A stretch of 64,000 bases of DNA from NCBI RefSeq assembly GCF_006345805.1, contig NC_043015.1, positions 6,572,001-6,636,000 on the forward strand, given 5' to 3'. The notes below the pieces were generated by a model, which saw nothing but the letters and a program-made list of their open reading frames with translations, did not search any database and had not been told where the DNA came from. The DNA is from Octopus sinensis (lineage: Eukaryota). Shown here piece after piece: positions 12,711 to 27,026 of this stretch. The position numbers were made by a program, and so were the translations under genes. The first letter of the stretch is position 1, and each line of letters begins with the position of its first letter.

Positions 12711-13386
12711 CCATAGCGATCACAATCTATGGTAAAAGAAGTATGGCAGCTGAAATTATGTTGTTCGGGCATGACGTATAAATAAATACACTCGAAAAAC
12801 CATCCAGACACATTTAATGAATCAATGATATGATGTATAAGGATACTCGAACAACAAGTCAGTCTCCGAAAAATTTCACGCGTTAGTTGGAATAGCGAAG
12901 AGCTCATACAATGAAAGACAAATGTAATGTTTGGCTACAGTAGCAATGTAAAAGGATCGGTTCAAAGCACTATCATGTTTACGTATATTGTTAATGGGAG
13001 ATTTAGAGACTGTATTTGAGGTAAAATTGCTTTCAATATGATTATGGTAAGGTTGTTTTCGTTGTTTCAGTTAGTTGTCGTTGCTACTGTTTAAGTTCAG
13101 CTTTCATCAAACGGAACTTTGGCGATGGAGATTTTAGTCCTGACTGTTCAGTCTTTTTCAGAGGTATTCGAACTCACTGTATACATCGTTAAGTCTTTAT
13201 CTTTCATCTTTTACATACTTCAACAATTGGCATCTTGCGTGACCGTCTTAAGGATTTAACAAAATTACTATTGGTTCTCATTCAAGAAACAGCTATATTT
13301 TGAGTGTGTATGTGTGTGTATATCAGTGCGTGTGTGTTTACATATGTTATATTTTATTATTTTATACGCAGACACATACACAGAGA

Positions 13387-13800
13387 CAGGCGCAGGAGTG
13401 GGTGTGTGGTAAGTAGCTTGTTTACCAACCACATGGTTTCGGAGTTAGTCCCACTGCATGGCACCTTGGACAAGTGACTTCTACTATAACCTCGGGCCGT
13501 CCAAAGCCTTGTGAGTGTATTTGGTAGACGGAAACTGAAAGAAGCCCGTCGTATATATGTGTATATATATATATATATATATGCGTGAGTGTGTTTGTGT
13601 GTTTGTCCCCCTACCATTGCTTGACAACCGATGATGGTGCGTTTATGCCCCCGTTACTTAGCGGTCCGGCAAAAGAGACCGATAGAATAAGTACTGGGCT
13701 TACAAAAGAATAAGTCCCGGGCTCGAGTTACTCGATTAAAGGCGGTGCTCCAGCATGGCCGCGGTCAGATGACTGAAACAAGTAAAAGAGAGTAAGAGTA
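13387..13800 (+). mobile_element. Full-length SINE family A
   Basis: All family A modules present, with a (TA)n/(TG)n linker. Confidence 0.92.
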
Positions 13801-15317
13801 CACACACACACACACATATATATAAACGGAGAGAGTCTGCAGTAATTTTGCTTACGAAATCGCACTCATGTTGGACTAATAGGAGCCATTTGCCGTATAT
13901 ACCATGCAGTGGAACTAAACCCCACAAACTATTTGCTGTGAAGCCAAATTCTTAACCACAAAGTCACACCTGAAACAATATAATACATTGGATTCCTTTT
14001 GATTAAGCAAAATACGGTCATGTACTTTCGTAGCGAGGAAATCAGCAGCGTACGAGAATTAGTTTTATCTGAATAACGGAAAAGCCTTGTGGGCATACAA
14101 TGCCGGGAGCATATCTCTTGCTCTCTATGGTGATAATATCAGTTACTTTCATAACTTCGCTGATTTAATCCCATGATATCAATGGGAGGAAAAAACAACA
14201 GAAATATTAACGAATGATCTATACTTTCTTGACTTGCTAAAGATAGCAGTAAAGTCTTCCTCAAATTTTGATACATTGTCTTAATTTAAGGAAATATTTT
14301 TTTTAGAAAATATAGCTCGTGGTAAATAATATGACAAGATGGTCATAGCTGGAGCGCTTCTAGCGATTGACCAACCCATACAGTGGGGCTAAAGGAATAA
14401 CAACAACGAACGAGAGAACGCTTGAAGAACAAGGTTCTTGTACCTGTTATAGACAGCAATTAAATTCCCTTTCAGATTAAACCCTTTCCCAGAGGAAAAG
14501 GGTACAATCACAACGGACACTGCTGTACCAAATGCCCGACGATTAAGAAAGATTGAAAATAATTATAATTGGAATATCGACATGAAAATATCTCATCGAC
14601 CAGAAAGCACTTCATGCAAAACGATTAAAACAATAACAACGGGAACTATAAGGGATTTATGTTGTAATTTGGACCCCTGTCAGCCTTTGTGCATTAGGAA
14701 ACGTGTTTTAGGCGATCCAGCCTGAATAATCTCTTCCTTTATACAATGTATCTAAGACTACAATATACAATATGTAGTGGATTTCCATTGAGACGGAACG
14801 ATTCTTACTTGAGAGATATCACGTTGTTATATAAAGAAGGGTAAATATCCAGAAATATTCTCTCTCATTGGCTAAAATGCTTTCTTATTCTTGACGCTTT
14901 TTTCTCAAACCAGTTTAGTTTTGACTACGTATTGCAATGACCAGACACATACCAGGCGTCGTGACCAGGGCTATATTTTCCTATATGTCCCCCAAATTGG
15001 AGTACATAACCAATGACATTCTTTTCCAAACTGTTCATTGTGACCGGAGGAGAGAAGTGGCTGCTGACTTTAAAAGATCGACTGATAAAGTGTTCACATC
15101 GTCTTCGAAGAATACGGAATTTGTGAATGTCTGTCATTATCAACTGAACAATTCTCCAATACTCATATCACGGTTCAGTTCTATTTTCTATACTTTCCTA
15201 ATTACGTCAAATTCAAAAGATGAAAAACGTTAAACAAATACAATGCACACACATATGTACATACAGATGCACACAAGATTATGTATGCATCTATTTATCT
15301 ATTTTCTGTCTGTCTAA

Positions 15318-15378
<61 letters not shown>

Positions 15379-15769
15379 CGTATATATATATGTGCGTATG
15401 TATGTGTATATTTATGTATGTAAATATGTGTATAGTTTCGGATCAAAATACCGATAAAAATTGTACGTTCTAAATATAATACTGGGGTCACTTCTTCCGG
15501 AAAAACCCGCCAATGAGTGTAACAAGGACATGATAAATCATATATATGTGCGTGTATGTGTGTGTGAGTGTGTGTGTGAATGTGTTTCTGTGTGTGAATG
15601 TGTGTGTAAGATTATTGAGTTTTTGCAATTGGTTTAGTGTCACATATATAACTAAATAGAGACGATTAAATTACGTTTATTATACAGCAAGCTTGGTGAT
15701 AGAAAAAAAGTCAAAGGGATGAAAGATAACGTTCTTGGAAAATTCGAACGCAGAATCTAAGGATAAGCG

Positions 15770-15890
15770 CAGATAAGGCCCTGCAGTTAAGATCTTTGTA
15801 TCATAAAAGTAGGGTTGCGGATTTGATAATACTATATGACATCGTGGCCAACAATATCCTGCCGCATCTTCAGCTTGACAAACAATTTTT
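15770..15890 (+). mobile_element. Possible CR1-type LINE C-terminal remnant
   Basis: Translation ALQLRSLYHKSRVADLIILYDIVANNI resembles the CR1 post-RT motif LxLxSLExRRxRxDLIxxYKI. Confidence 0.4.
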
Positions 15891-16071
15891 TAAGTAGAAT
15901 TCAGTAAGTAAAGGCTATTCAGAAGTCCGAGTCATATATATCCGAAACTCGGAGTTTTACAATGGCTACCAAATAATTGTCACATTATATTTACAGATAA
16001 ATTCCTCTATTTACATAATACCGAGGTCTCTTTCATTCCTTTGTTGTCTTGCCATTTCTATCAGTATAATA

Positions 16072-16128
<57 letters not shown>

Positions 16129-16152
16129 CATATATATATATATACACACGAT

Positions 16153-16214
<62 letters not shown>

Positions 16215-17085
16215 GCTTGTGTATTTGTGTATGGGCCTACGTGTAGAAAAGTATAGTTATATCATATAAAATGCAACGTAAAATTTTGATTATTAAAATT
16301 GCTTTACCTGTTTATAATTATGAAATGGGAATTAAGATCAGTTCCAGATGGTAAGGTGAGATAATCTCAAGACTGAAGAATTCTCTGTGGTCAATACAGC
16401 ATTATGTATCAGAACCTTCTCATTGCTAATTCGATATCGTAACACGTGATTTTATCTCAATGATGTCATCAACACATAACTTTAATAGCTGAGGTCATTT
16501 GCAGAATTTAGACAAAAACGAGCGGGCAAGAGCGACTCAGAATTACCAAAGCTCATTTTATTTAAATTATATCAATTGTATTCTCTGCAATTTATTGAGA
16601 TAAAATTAAAGCATATTTTGTTGAATATCAATGCTATCTAGGAAGGACAGATTGCAAGGTGGAGATAACATAACAAAAATAACTGAACATTTTGGTTTGG
16701 AAAAAAAATATTTAATTAAAAACATTAAGTAGAGAATGAGAAGAGAAAAGTTAGAAAAGACAACACCAGAAATACCTTGTTACAAATGTTTCTATTTGAA
16801 ATTGATATTCCCCCGCAGCGAACAGATCACAAATTTTCAACTATTGCTGGAAAAGTTATAATCTGTGATCTGTAGAGATCTAAAGGTGATGTGATTAAAA
16901 CCGTTGAAACCAAGAACTCACCGCAGTAAAAAATGAAATTTCTCAAACAACATATAAAGCTGTATTTAAAAGGAAAAGAATAACAACACAGTATGAGTTT
17001 TAATTGCTATTCCTTACAAGTAGTGTAATAAGTGGTACTCATTTTGGATTATCTGAGTACACAGTGATTACGTAGAAGTCAACTA

Positions 17086-17283
17086 CAGTGATCACTCACA
17101 ATATCGCGGTTCACCTATCGCGCACTCAGTACATCGCGGATTTTTCTGACTAGTTTATGTAAATTTATATCGCGAACTCCTCATATATCGCGTGTTTCTG
17201 CGGCCGAAAGGTATTTATATCTTCCTTGACATAAAGGTGGGAGGTTTTGGAACGTAACACCGGTGATAGTCTAGGGGTCACAG
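17086..17283. mobile_element. Tc1/mariner (Tigger/pogo-like) MITE, about 198 bp
   Basis: Begins TA|CAGTGATCACTC..ATATCGCGG and ends GGAACGTAACACC..GGGGTCACAG|TA. Imperfect TIRs, TA flanks and repeated TATCGCG subterminal motifs are typical of Tigger-derived MITEs. Confidence 0.75.
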
Positions 17284-17780
17284 TAATTAAAAACTTGATA
17301 TTCCAATTAAAATAGTATTGTTTTCTAACCTAGCATTCTAAGAATCAGTAGTTTAAAAATTGGATTGTCACTTCAGTATAATGTACATGGCATTTCCTAA
17401 AGAGAATTAACAAAGATCAAAAGTGGATCATTCGAGAAACCGAGGCCATGTTTAATCTGAAGATAACTTTATGCGGTTTATTCCAGTAATGATTGAAAGC
17501 AAAACGTTGGATATTTCCACATTTTACTTGTCTGGAAATGACATGATTTATCTTTGCTTGCTTTGTAGTTTGTATCTACAACGTCATAAACTGAACAATG
17601 CAAAAGAGAGAGGCATCGAATACTCCAAGAATGATAGAGAAAAAGAGAAGACGAGTTAAATTTATATCTTCTAAAACATAACTGTCTTTCGCTTTGGTTT
17701 AATCGAAAAATATATCATCAATTGTTCGCAATGTTAACGTTGACGACAAATAATACACACACACGCACCCAAGCACAGAC

Positions 17781-17824
<44 letters not shown>

Positions 17825-17998
17825 TATATATATATACATACATACACACATATATATATATATATACACATACATACATATATATATATACATACATACA
17901 TACATATATATATATATATACACATACATGCATATATATATACATACATACACACACACACACACACATATATACACATACATACATGCATACATATA

Positions 17999-18055
<57 letters not shown>

Positions 18056-18797
18056 CTAGCTAGTAAGATAGACAAATAGCTTCAACCACAATCTACAGAC
18101 ACGTATTGAGGTACATATCTAAGAATCAAGCTATCTATTTATCATCAACCTATCAATAGGCATATACACACTCGATCTTTTATCGGTCATTATGTATCTC
18201 TCAAAGTGTGTACGTCCATTACCCACTACGTTGAATTGCTTCGAAAGATATGATACCCATACGATAACGACAAGTGAAGTAAAATAAATAATAAATTGAC
18301 ATACATATTGACATATATCTTAAAACCTTACAAGATGGCGCTCCAGCATAACCGAGGTTCATTATTGAATGCAGTAAATATAAAAGAATTTTCTTTTTAG
18401 CCGCAGTCAGAGACAGGAAAATATCATTCTAAAATCTGTCTTTTGTATTTTATTTCATTGCTACTCGCGTAATCGATTAGATCATATAGATATTAAGTCA
18501 TTCTGTCATTCTCATGTGTTGTATCTATGTCGTATAAGTAAAATGAAGGGCTTCTTAAGCATCACTAAGTAAGAGGCCATGATCCCAGTGCTAAACGCTA
18601 ACGAACTGTTAAGCAGCTTAAGAAGATATTGTCTCAGCCTGCTAATAAAACCACAAAAGTTTATTTACATATAAACTTATCTATGGTGATGTTTAAATTC
18701 CTTTGTCTGTCCCTCTCTTTTATATTATATTATATTTTCAAATAAACACACACGCAGCACAGATTCTCATACATACACACACACAAACACACAGAAA

Positions 18798-19330
<533 letters not shown>

Positions 19331-19348
19331 AAATACATACCCACACAC

Positions 19349-19407
<59 letters not shown>

Positions 19408-20066
19408 TTTACGTGCGCACGCATATACACACCTCACCCGGTCTTGAAATGTGAATGCAATAATTTTAGCGGATATAGGATATAGAGGTTTTACCTCTAG
19501 CGAATTTTGTGGCTTGTTTTTTTCGATATATTGAGATATAGTTCCTAACAGCTAAGCGTGTATAGTGTATATGAACAAGATAATTTCAATATATTGTTTT
19601 CTTATCGTTCCGCATGATGGAGCGAATGAACATGTATTTAATTTTACATGCGTTTATCTGCTTGTACAGGAGTAACAGGGCATGCACCTCGTGAATATAA
19701 TATGTATATATGTATGTATGAAAGTATGTATGATTGTATGTATGTATGTATGTATGTATGTATGTATGTCGATATGTACACACACACATATATATATATA
19801 TATACGAACTCACTGTATCACTTAAAGCATATGCTTTACGCTTATTCTCTTTAAAACTATATAGTATAGTAATGTTTTATATTTTATATATACTATTATT
19901 GACCTCAACGCACACAATCCCGTTAAGCCCTTTGAGTAGCCAATGCATACAAATACATTTTATTGTCGTATGTACGAAGGCATTATGAAACACACACACA
20001 CGCACAATTACAAACGTAAGTGCATATATATATTCAAACCTGCGCGCGGGTGTGTGTGTATGTATG

Positions 20067-20124
<58 letters not shown>

Positions 20125-20154
20125 GTGTGTGTGTCTGTGTGTAAATATTATATA

Positions 20155-20190
<36 letters not shown>

Positions 20191-20191
20191 C

Positions 20192-20248
<57 letters not shown>

Positions 20249-21029
20249 TACATACATACGGTTCTTGGTTTCTGCAAATTATGGGGATGAGTGTCTATGA
20301 TGGTTGAATTATGTGTATCGATTTACAAAAATTGTCAGATGGAAAACTTTTGGAATGTGTTACAAATCTGCACTGTCCATTAATATTTGAAGGAATAAAC
20401 ATACGTATACAAATTAAAATGCAAATACTAATATGTATGTATGTATGTGCGCGGTTAAACCATTGGGAGTGAAGGACTCCTAGCCTTTGTTAGGACATCC
20501 TTCTAGGAGAAGGGAACTCAGGTAAATGGGATAACTCCGACATTGCGGCTCAGTGGTTACCGATGATGTTGATTTGTTCTTCTTTTCGGATTATGGTTGC
20601 TGTTGCTTAGTGAGTGAGATTGACTCAGTGCACAGACTTTCCTCACTTAAAACAAATCTTCTTGCACAGGCATTGCACGACAACAACATTGATTAAGCTT
20701 CGTGCAATGCCCATACTCGATAACGAGGGCGCAGCCACCATGTCTGTATGTATGTAAGTTACAATTGCATTTTTAGGCAACTGCTAACCAACCAATTCGA
20801 TGATTTTACGAAGATTTGTTGTACAGGAAGTATCTGTGCAGATGAATAATTTTCAGTGGGCGTAGCTTGCACCGCCCTACTCCCACCTATTGGCCCCAGA
20901 AAACTGTCGCCGGTGTGACATGAAAATTGTCAAAACCAGGAACGTCCAAGGCCTCAGGTTTTATTTCGGAGATTTATTTCTCTTATGTAGATTACCAACG
21001 AAGGTTAAATACCTTCTATCTGCCCATGA

Positions 21030-21385
21030 TGTAAGCTACACATTCCAGAAGTCTTGAAATATGGGTTTAACAAAATGATTAAATTCTTAAATATGTTAAT
21101 TTGTCACTGTTGGAGAACTGAGAAAGTGCCTCGAGACTGGAAACACATATTAAATCGTTCGAACAATTCCACCATAAACGCCTTCATCGCATTTTAGACA
21201 TTAAATGAAGTTCTACTCCAAACACAGATGTCCTTGCATCTGCAGGCATCACCTCCACTAAATCTATGATTTTGAGAAACCAAATGAGATGGTGTGGGCA
21301 TATTGTTCGAACAGCGGATGATCGCATCCTCCAAAAGCTGTTTTATGGTGATCTTTCAGAGGGGAAATTCTTGCGTGGTGAGGAG
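21030..21385 (+). mobile_element. Internally deleted RTE (BovB-like) LINE fragment
   Basis: HIPEVLKYGFNKMIKFLNMLICHCWRTEKVPRDWK (pre-RT motif) is joined at about 21143 to HIKSFEQFHHKRLHRILDIK*...NTDVLASAGITS...RNQMRWCGHIVRTADDRILQKLFYGDLSEG (post-RT motif). Confidence 0.85.
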
Positions 21386-22730
21386 GTTGATTGTTGGACA
21401 CACTACAGGAGGTAAAATAAGACCTGTCAAAGGGCGGAAGAGCTCATGAGCAGCTAACGGCCATACAGCAGCATGTGTACATGTGTATGTTTACATATAT
21501 GTATCCGCGGTAATATGGAAATACCTGGGTTGGTGTTCCGGCATGTGGTTGTCCCACTGGGAGTCGGAGGCACCTCTGTAGTCACAACATCTCTCTAGAA
21601 GAGGGAATCTCAGAGAAGAACCTACGACGCCGACAATATTCGATGATACAGACCAGTTATTCTTTTCAAGTCCACGTCCAGAGAGTGGGATTAGATTTGT
21701 GAAAATCCTTTCCCCACTATCATACACAGGAATCGCTTGAGAAACAGTAAGACCTATCACAAAAATGGCTAGTCGTAGCCTTTGCATGTGTGGGACTTTC
21801 AATCAGCCGATGGCAATGCTGGAACACGAGCCATCATATATGTATATATGTATGTATGTATATACATGTATATTTGTGTATACATATCCAGTTGTTATAG
21901 ATTTTGTTTGTTACCAGTCAAAAATTTCGCATACCGGAAGCCAGCGAGGGTATGGGGTCATCAGGAGAGAATGCGCGCCGTTTCGGGGCCTACTTCTCGA
22001 CGGAATCAATGCCCACCTGATATGAGGCCCCGCTTGCTAGATCAGCTGGTTATCAAATAAAGTTCAATATTCTCCTAGCCATCACTCATCGTCTCTTTTT
22101 AAACAAATTCAGTGGCTAACTTTCACCAGTCTTAATCGAAGTCTTAATTTCAATGCCTCCTTCAGTATAACTTTTTAACACTGGTTATTTAGTAGCAAAT
22201 TTTTTACTGTCGATGCGTCTCATTTCTTCCACTCTTCCTTTTTCTTAAACAAATCCACCAGAGTAAATAGTGCCAAACATAAGCGACATCTAATAAAGCT
22301 TATTGCAAAATCATAGATTCAATTGAGATAATACTCTAGAGACGATCTAGACAACGGAGGTATTAAAAATGAATTAGGAATACTACTTCGATTATATATC
22401 ACCAATTACCAACGTTTTTTTTTACGGCCATAACAAAACAAAATCGTTCAAAGGATAAACGTTATCAAATGACCAAATAAACCTTTTCAAAAGGCTTTGT
22501 AATAGTCTATACAAACTACGTACGAGTTTATTAATTTAGGTTTCTTAGATTTCCGATTCAACGTAGGCACTTGACACGTATGAGAGTAGTTGATCTTATG
22601 TTTGTTGTAGACGCTGTTATGTATGTATGTATGTATGTATATATATATGTATAAAATATATAATGTATATATTTATATATATGTATATATGCATATATAT
22701 ATATACATATATGTATATGAATATATACAT

Positions 22731-22765
<35 letters not shown>

Positions 22766-22767
22766 GA

Positions 22768-22818
<51 letters not shown>

Positions 22819-22906
22819 CATGGATATATAGTTAGATAGATAATATATAGATATATACATGTGTAATTGACATACACATATTCATATGTATATAGCTGTC
22901 TATCGA

Positions 22907-22956
<50 letters not shown>

Positions 22957-23989
22957 GATTTAAAAGCGAGTGTGTATGTCTATGTGTGTGCGTATGTTTC
23001 TTATGCATTCCACAACGGAGCTGCCGATTTTGACGTATTGGGTAACAAAATAATTAGTAAGTGTTCGGCTAACAACTAAACCTTGTTTTCATTCAAATAT
23101 TTGCATTATAAAAAATTAGCGATATAATTTCTTGTTTTATCACCAATCGTAAACAACATTTTATAGTACCAACACATCGACGATGACATCACGTTTTCTA
23201 CAAGAGTGTCTTCGCACGTTCATTACGAAGGTTGGACCGATGAATATGAAGTATATGTGTGTGATGGTATCTGCCTCTCAGTATACACACATTTGTGTGA
23301 TGACTGACAAGCACACACACACACACACACACACATCTAAAGACAGAGACAGATACACATAGGGACAGAGATAGGCTTGAGGTTTGTATGTCTGTGTGAG
23401 CCTTCGTATATGTATGTGACTTCCCCCACTCCAACAGTGAAACGCGCCGATTTTCCAATAGCTTAGGTCAGTTGCGGCCCGAACTTTAAGTGAATAACGG
23501 CGTCCACTTCGATGTACTACCAACGTGAAGGTTTGGATGATATGACAGTACTCACAGCACCCGGTAATATATCTCAAAAAATTTTTTTTTCTAGTTATTA
23601 TAATAAATTCGGCAACGGCGAAGTAAATAGCCTCTGCGGATCTTTTAATATAATTATAGAAATGTTATTCTACTTCTAACCAGTTTGAAGGTAATATTTT
23701 TAAACAGTTCTTATTGGATTTTTAACAGTCCTTATCGTATTACTTTCATCATTGTATCAACGCCATACAACCTTTTTACTCTGGTAGTCAGTATTTATTC
23801 TACGGCCTATGACGTTGCTCAGTTAAAAATATATATAGTAATGTCAAATTAATTTATATCTTGCTACATACATCCTTCAGCAAATATTTTAAATTAACGT
23901 TCACAACAGCAGCATATTCATTTCTATACACTTTGTTCAGCGTTCGTTTCAAAATTGTAAAATATATTATTTTTATGAGAGATGAGGAA

Positions 23990-24350
23990 CCTGTTGCAGG
24001 TTCAATATTGAAATGATACCCATCTTGTCGATTCCACAGAATAAGAGGATACTGGAGAGCATCATAAAAAGATTGTTATCTCGAGCACAAATAAGAATAC
24101 TATGATTTTCATGGAGATCACCAACCATAAGGAGAGCTGGATATCCATCTTGTCGATTCCGCAGAATAAGTGGATACTGGAGGGCTTCATACGAGGGATG
24201 AGTCTGTGAATCATGGCTAAGGTTGTCATGTCGAGCATGAATGAGATTAACATGATTTTCATGGGGATCACCAAACATAAGGAAGGCTGGCCAGTTTGAG
24301 GCAAAGTGTAGATTGTATGTTCAACGTCATGTAAGCAAACCGATAACTCG
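23990..24350 (-). mobile_element. Helitron RepHel fragment with partial tandem duplication
   Basis: Translation ...SQTHPSYEALQYPLILRNRQDGY matches the Helitron motif HxSYDALQYPLxFxxGEDG. The upstream HDVEHTIYTLPQTGQ..LMFGD resembles HERxYNxPxxxEVAxxxVG. The unit repeats at 24021 and 24146. Confidence 0.8.
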
Positions 24351-25104
24351 ATAGAATGAGTTGTTAAATTGTTGGATGCAGGAGGAATGCGTACATTGAA
24401 TGAATGGCAATGGTGCAAAGGTGGGAGTTATCGACACTAGTTGGTAATAAATTACTGCAAGAAATTAAAAGCCAACAAGTACCACTTGGCTACAAAGTCA
24501 ATGAGGACTTAGGAATTGCGAGTAGGACGAGATAAATGATGGCGACTGTGTAGTGAAGAAAGAGGTGAAGAGGAGATAAGTGTAAAATCGGATTCTGAGA
24601 CGGGCAGGCAAGAAAATATACGGGTGAGGAAATGATGGAAATTTATTGAAGGACAGAATGAAATGAACTGAGGATGTCGATAACGGTGTTGTGATGAGTA
24701 CGAGTTAGGGTGGTGGTCTTATGCATTCATAAATATACCAGTCATTCACCTCAGATATTGAGCCAATCTATTGATTACAGATGTAATCAACGTAACTAAA
24801 AGAGAAGTTAGCATAGCTAGGGACCATCTTAATGCCCATAGCCAGCCCAGTGTAATGCAGATAAATTTCACCGTAGAAAGCTAAACAATTCAACGTAAAA
24901 ACAAACTCTACTATGTGGAGGATAGTAGTTGATCTCGTTTTTATGTTAGTAGAACGACCTAAGAAATAGAGGAGTTTGGAGCAGCTAGGTGTGAAGGCTT
25001 GAAGTCACGAAGACCGTGATTTAAAATGAATGTGGGAGGAATGGACAATGAAATACTACGTATATACATACACACACTCTCTCTCTTTCCCTCTCTCCCT
25101 CCAA

Positions 25105-25164
<60 letters not shown>

Positions 25165-26459
25165 ATCTTTCTTGCACAGACGTCGTTGTTAAGTTACTTT
25201 CTCATTTGAAACTAATCAAACGCATATTTTGCTTTCGATATTTACGTTGAATATCTATAGAAAGACATCTCTTTTCTTATACTTGAGACTTTGTCGTAAG
25301 ATCGAAAGAGTGAAACACAGAGTTTGAAATTTTGTTGGCTCAATCTCAATAAATTTGTTATAAATCACTATATCCTGCATCTAGAGTTCACTTTCGTCCT
25401 TGTTACATTTAAGGATTTTGCACGCATACGCACGCCGATACTCATCCATGGTATCATCCACACACATATACACACGCATTTATACATATACATATATATA
25501 TATATATATACATATACGTGTGTGTACGTTTTTATGTATATATATTTATTTATATACGTATGTATGCAAAATTAACAAAAGGTATTTGTACAGTTCATAT
25601 ATCTATACGTGTGTTACTCGATAATAACGACAATACCATTACAACGTCACACACGCACCTAGTTCTTAGACAAGGCAGTGCTACACACAGACACACACAC
25701 ACGCACACATCTATATACTAACACTAATATTCTGTCTGTGAATGCACACTACACACTTACTTCCATTCTTCAGATCAATGATAAATATATTTGTTTGTTA
25801 TACACATATTTTCCTATTTGTTTTATTCAAAAGTTTAAGTAGGTTACGAAGGTGGCCCGAAGCAAAACAATAATTATAATGCACGGTTGCCAGATGAAGA
25901 TATCAGCTAATTATTGCCTCTAGAATTTCAAGATTAGTATAGATTCTGAGATTGTGTTGGTTTACAACAAATGCTCGCTGAATTTTCCTTTATCATCCAA
26001 TCACAATGAGAGATACACCCATTAGCAATATTAGTGGGTGTTCACTTTGTAATTAACAACAACAATAGCAACAACAAATGTCATAACAACAATAGAATCA
26101 ATGACAATACTATATTTTGTCTTAAGAAAATATTGAAAGAAAATTCCCAAAATGGAGAGCGGTGAAATTAAAATAACATAAAATAAGGAAAAAACTAAAT
26201 TATTTCAACAACTTTTGCCTTCAATTTGTAAAGCTGATATTAACAGCGAGTATTATTCTTCTGTAACGGTAATACTAAGCTCATTAGATCGTAAATATTG
26301 GTATTGGAAATAATTCTTACTGATATACTTCTGATAGACATGATCTGATATTTAGAAATCAACATCAGCAACTACCAGTGAGTTGGGGAATGGGGGAGAG
26401 AGTGGGATAAATAGAGAGAGAGGGGGGAAGAAAGAGAGAGGCAGAGGGAGAGATACAGA

Positions 26460-26539
<80 letters not shown>

Positions 26540-26631
26540 GGCAGCTGATTCGATCTGTAGTAAGATAGATGATGACAGAAAGAGAGTGTAGAAACAAACA
26601 AGAATGACTGAATTTTGCAGCAGCATTTTAG

Positions 26632-26716
<85 letters not shown>

Positions 26717-26769
26717 ATATAGAAAAGAGAGAGAGAGAGAGAGAGAGAGAAAAGAGAGAGAGAGAGAGT

Positions 26770-26902
26770 AAAGAGGATTTGAAAATGCAGAGGGCTTTTA
26801 AAGATGTTCATTGACTTGACCGGCTTCCCATAGTTTTAAAAAGTGAAACCGGTCAAGTCAATAAACCTCTTTAAAAGACCTCTGCAGTCTCAAATCCTCT
26901 TT
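26770..26902. repeat. Imperfect inverted repeat (52-bp core arms, 25-nt loop), foldback/MITE-like
   Basis: 26772-26823 versus the reverse complement of 26849-26900: 47/52 identical by manual alignment. Confidence 0.9.
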
Positions 26903-26946
26903 CCTATATATTTTCACACGGGCGATAACTTACAATTTTACTTTGT

Positions 26947-27026
<80 letters not shown>

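Noticed and set aside
14925-15233. Overlapping 98-aa and 72-aa ORFs in unique sequence
   Set aside because: No recognisable motif. The plus frame is closed just upstream of the nearest acceptor and the minus acceptor is weak.
16775-16959. Minus-strand splice-like signals (38-nt segment and neighbour)
   Set aside because: The neighbouring segment has stops in all frames and nothing links the two. It illustrates the chance rate of such signals.
18332-18341. YY1-like CAAGATGGCG
   Set aside because: It lies in a SINE-tail-like fragment (GGCGCTCCAGCAT), so it is repeat-derived.
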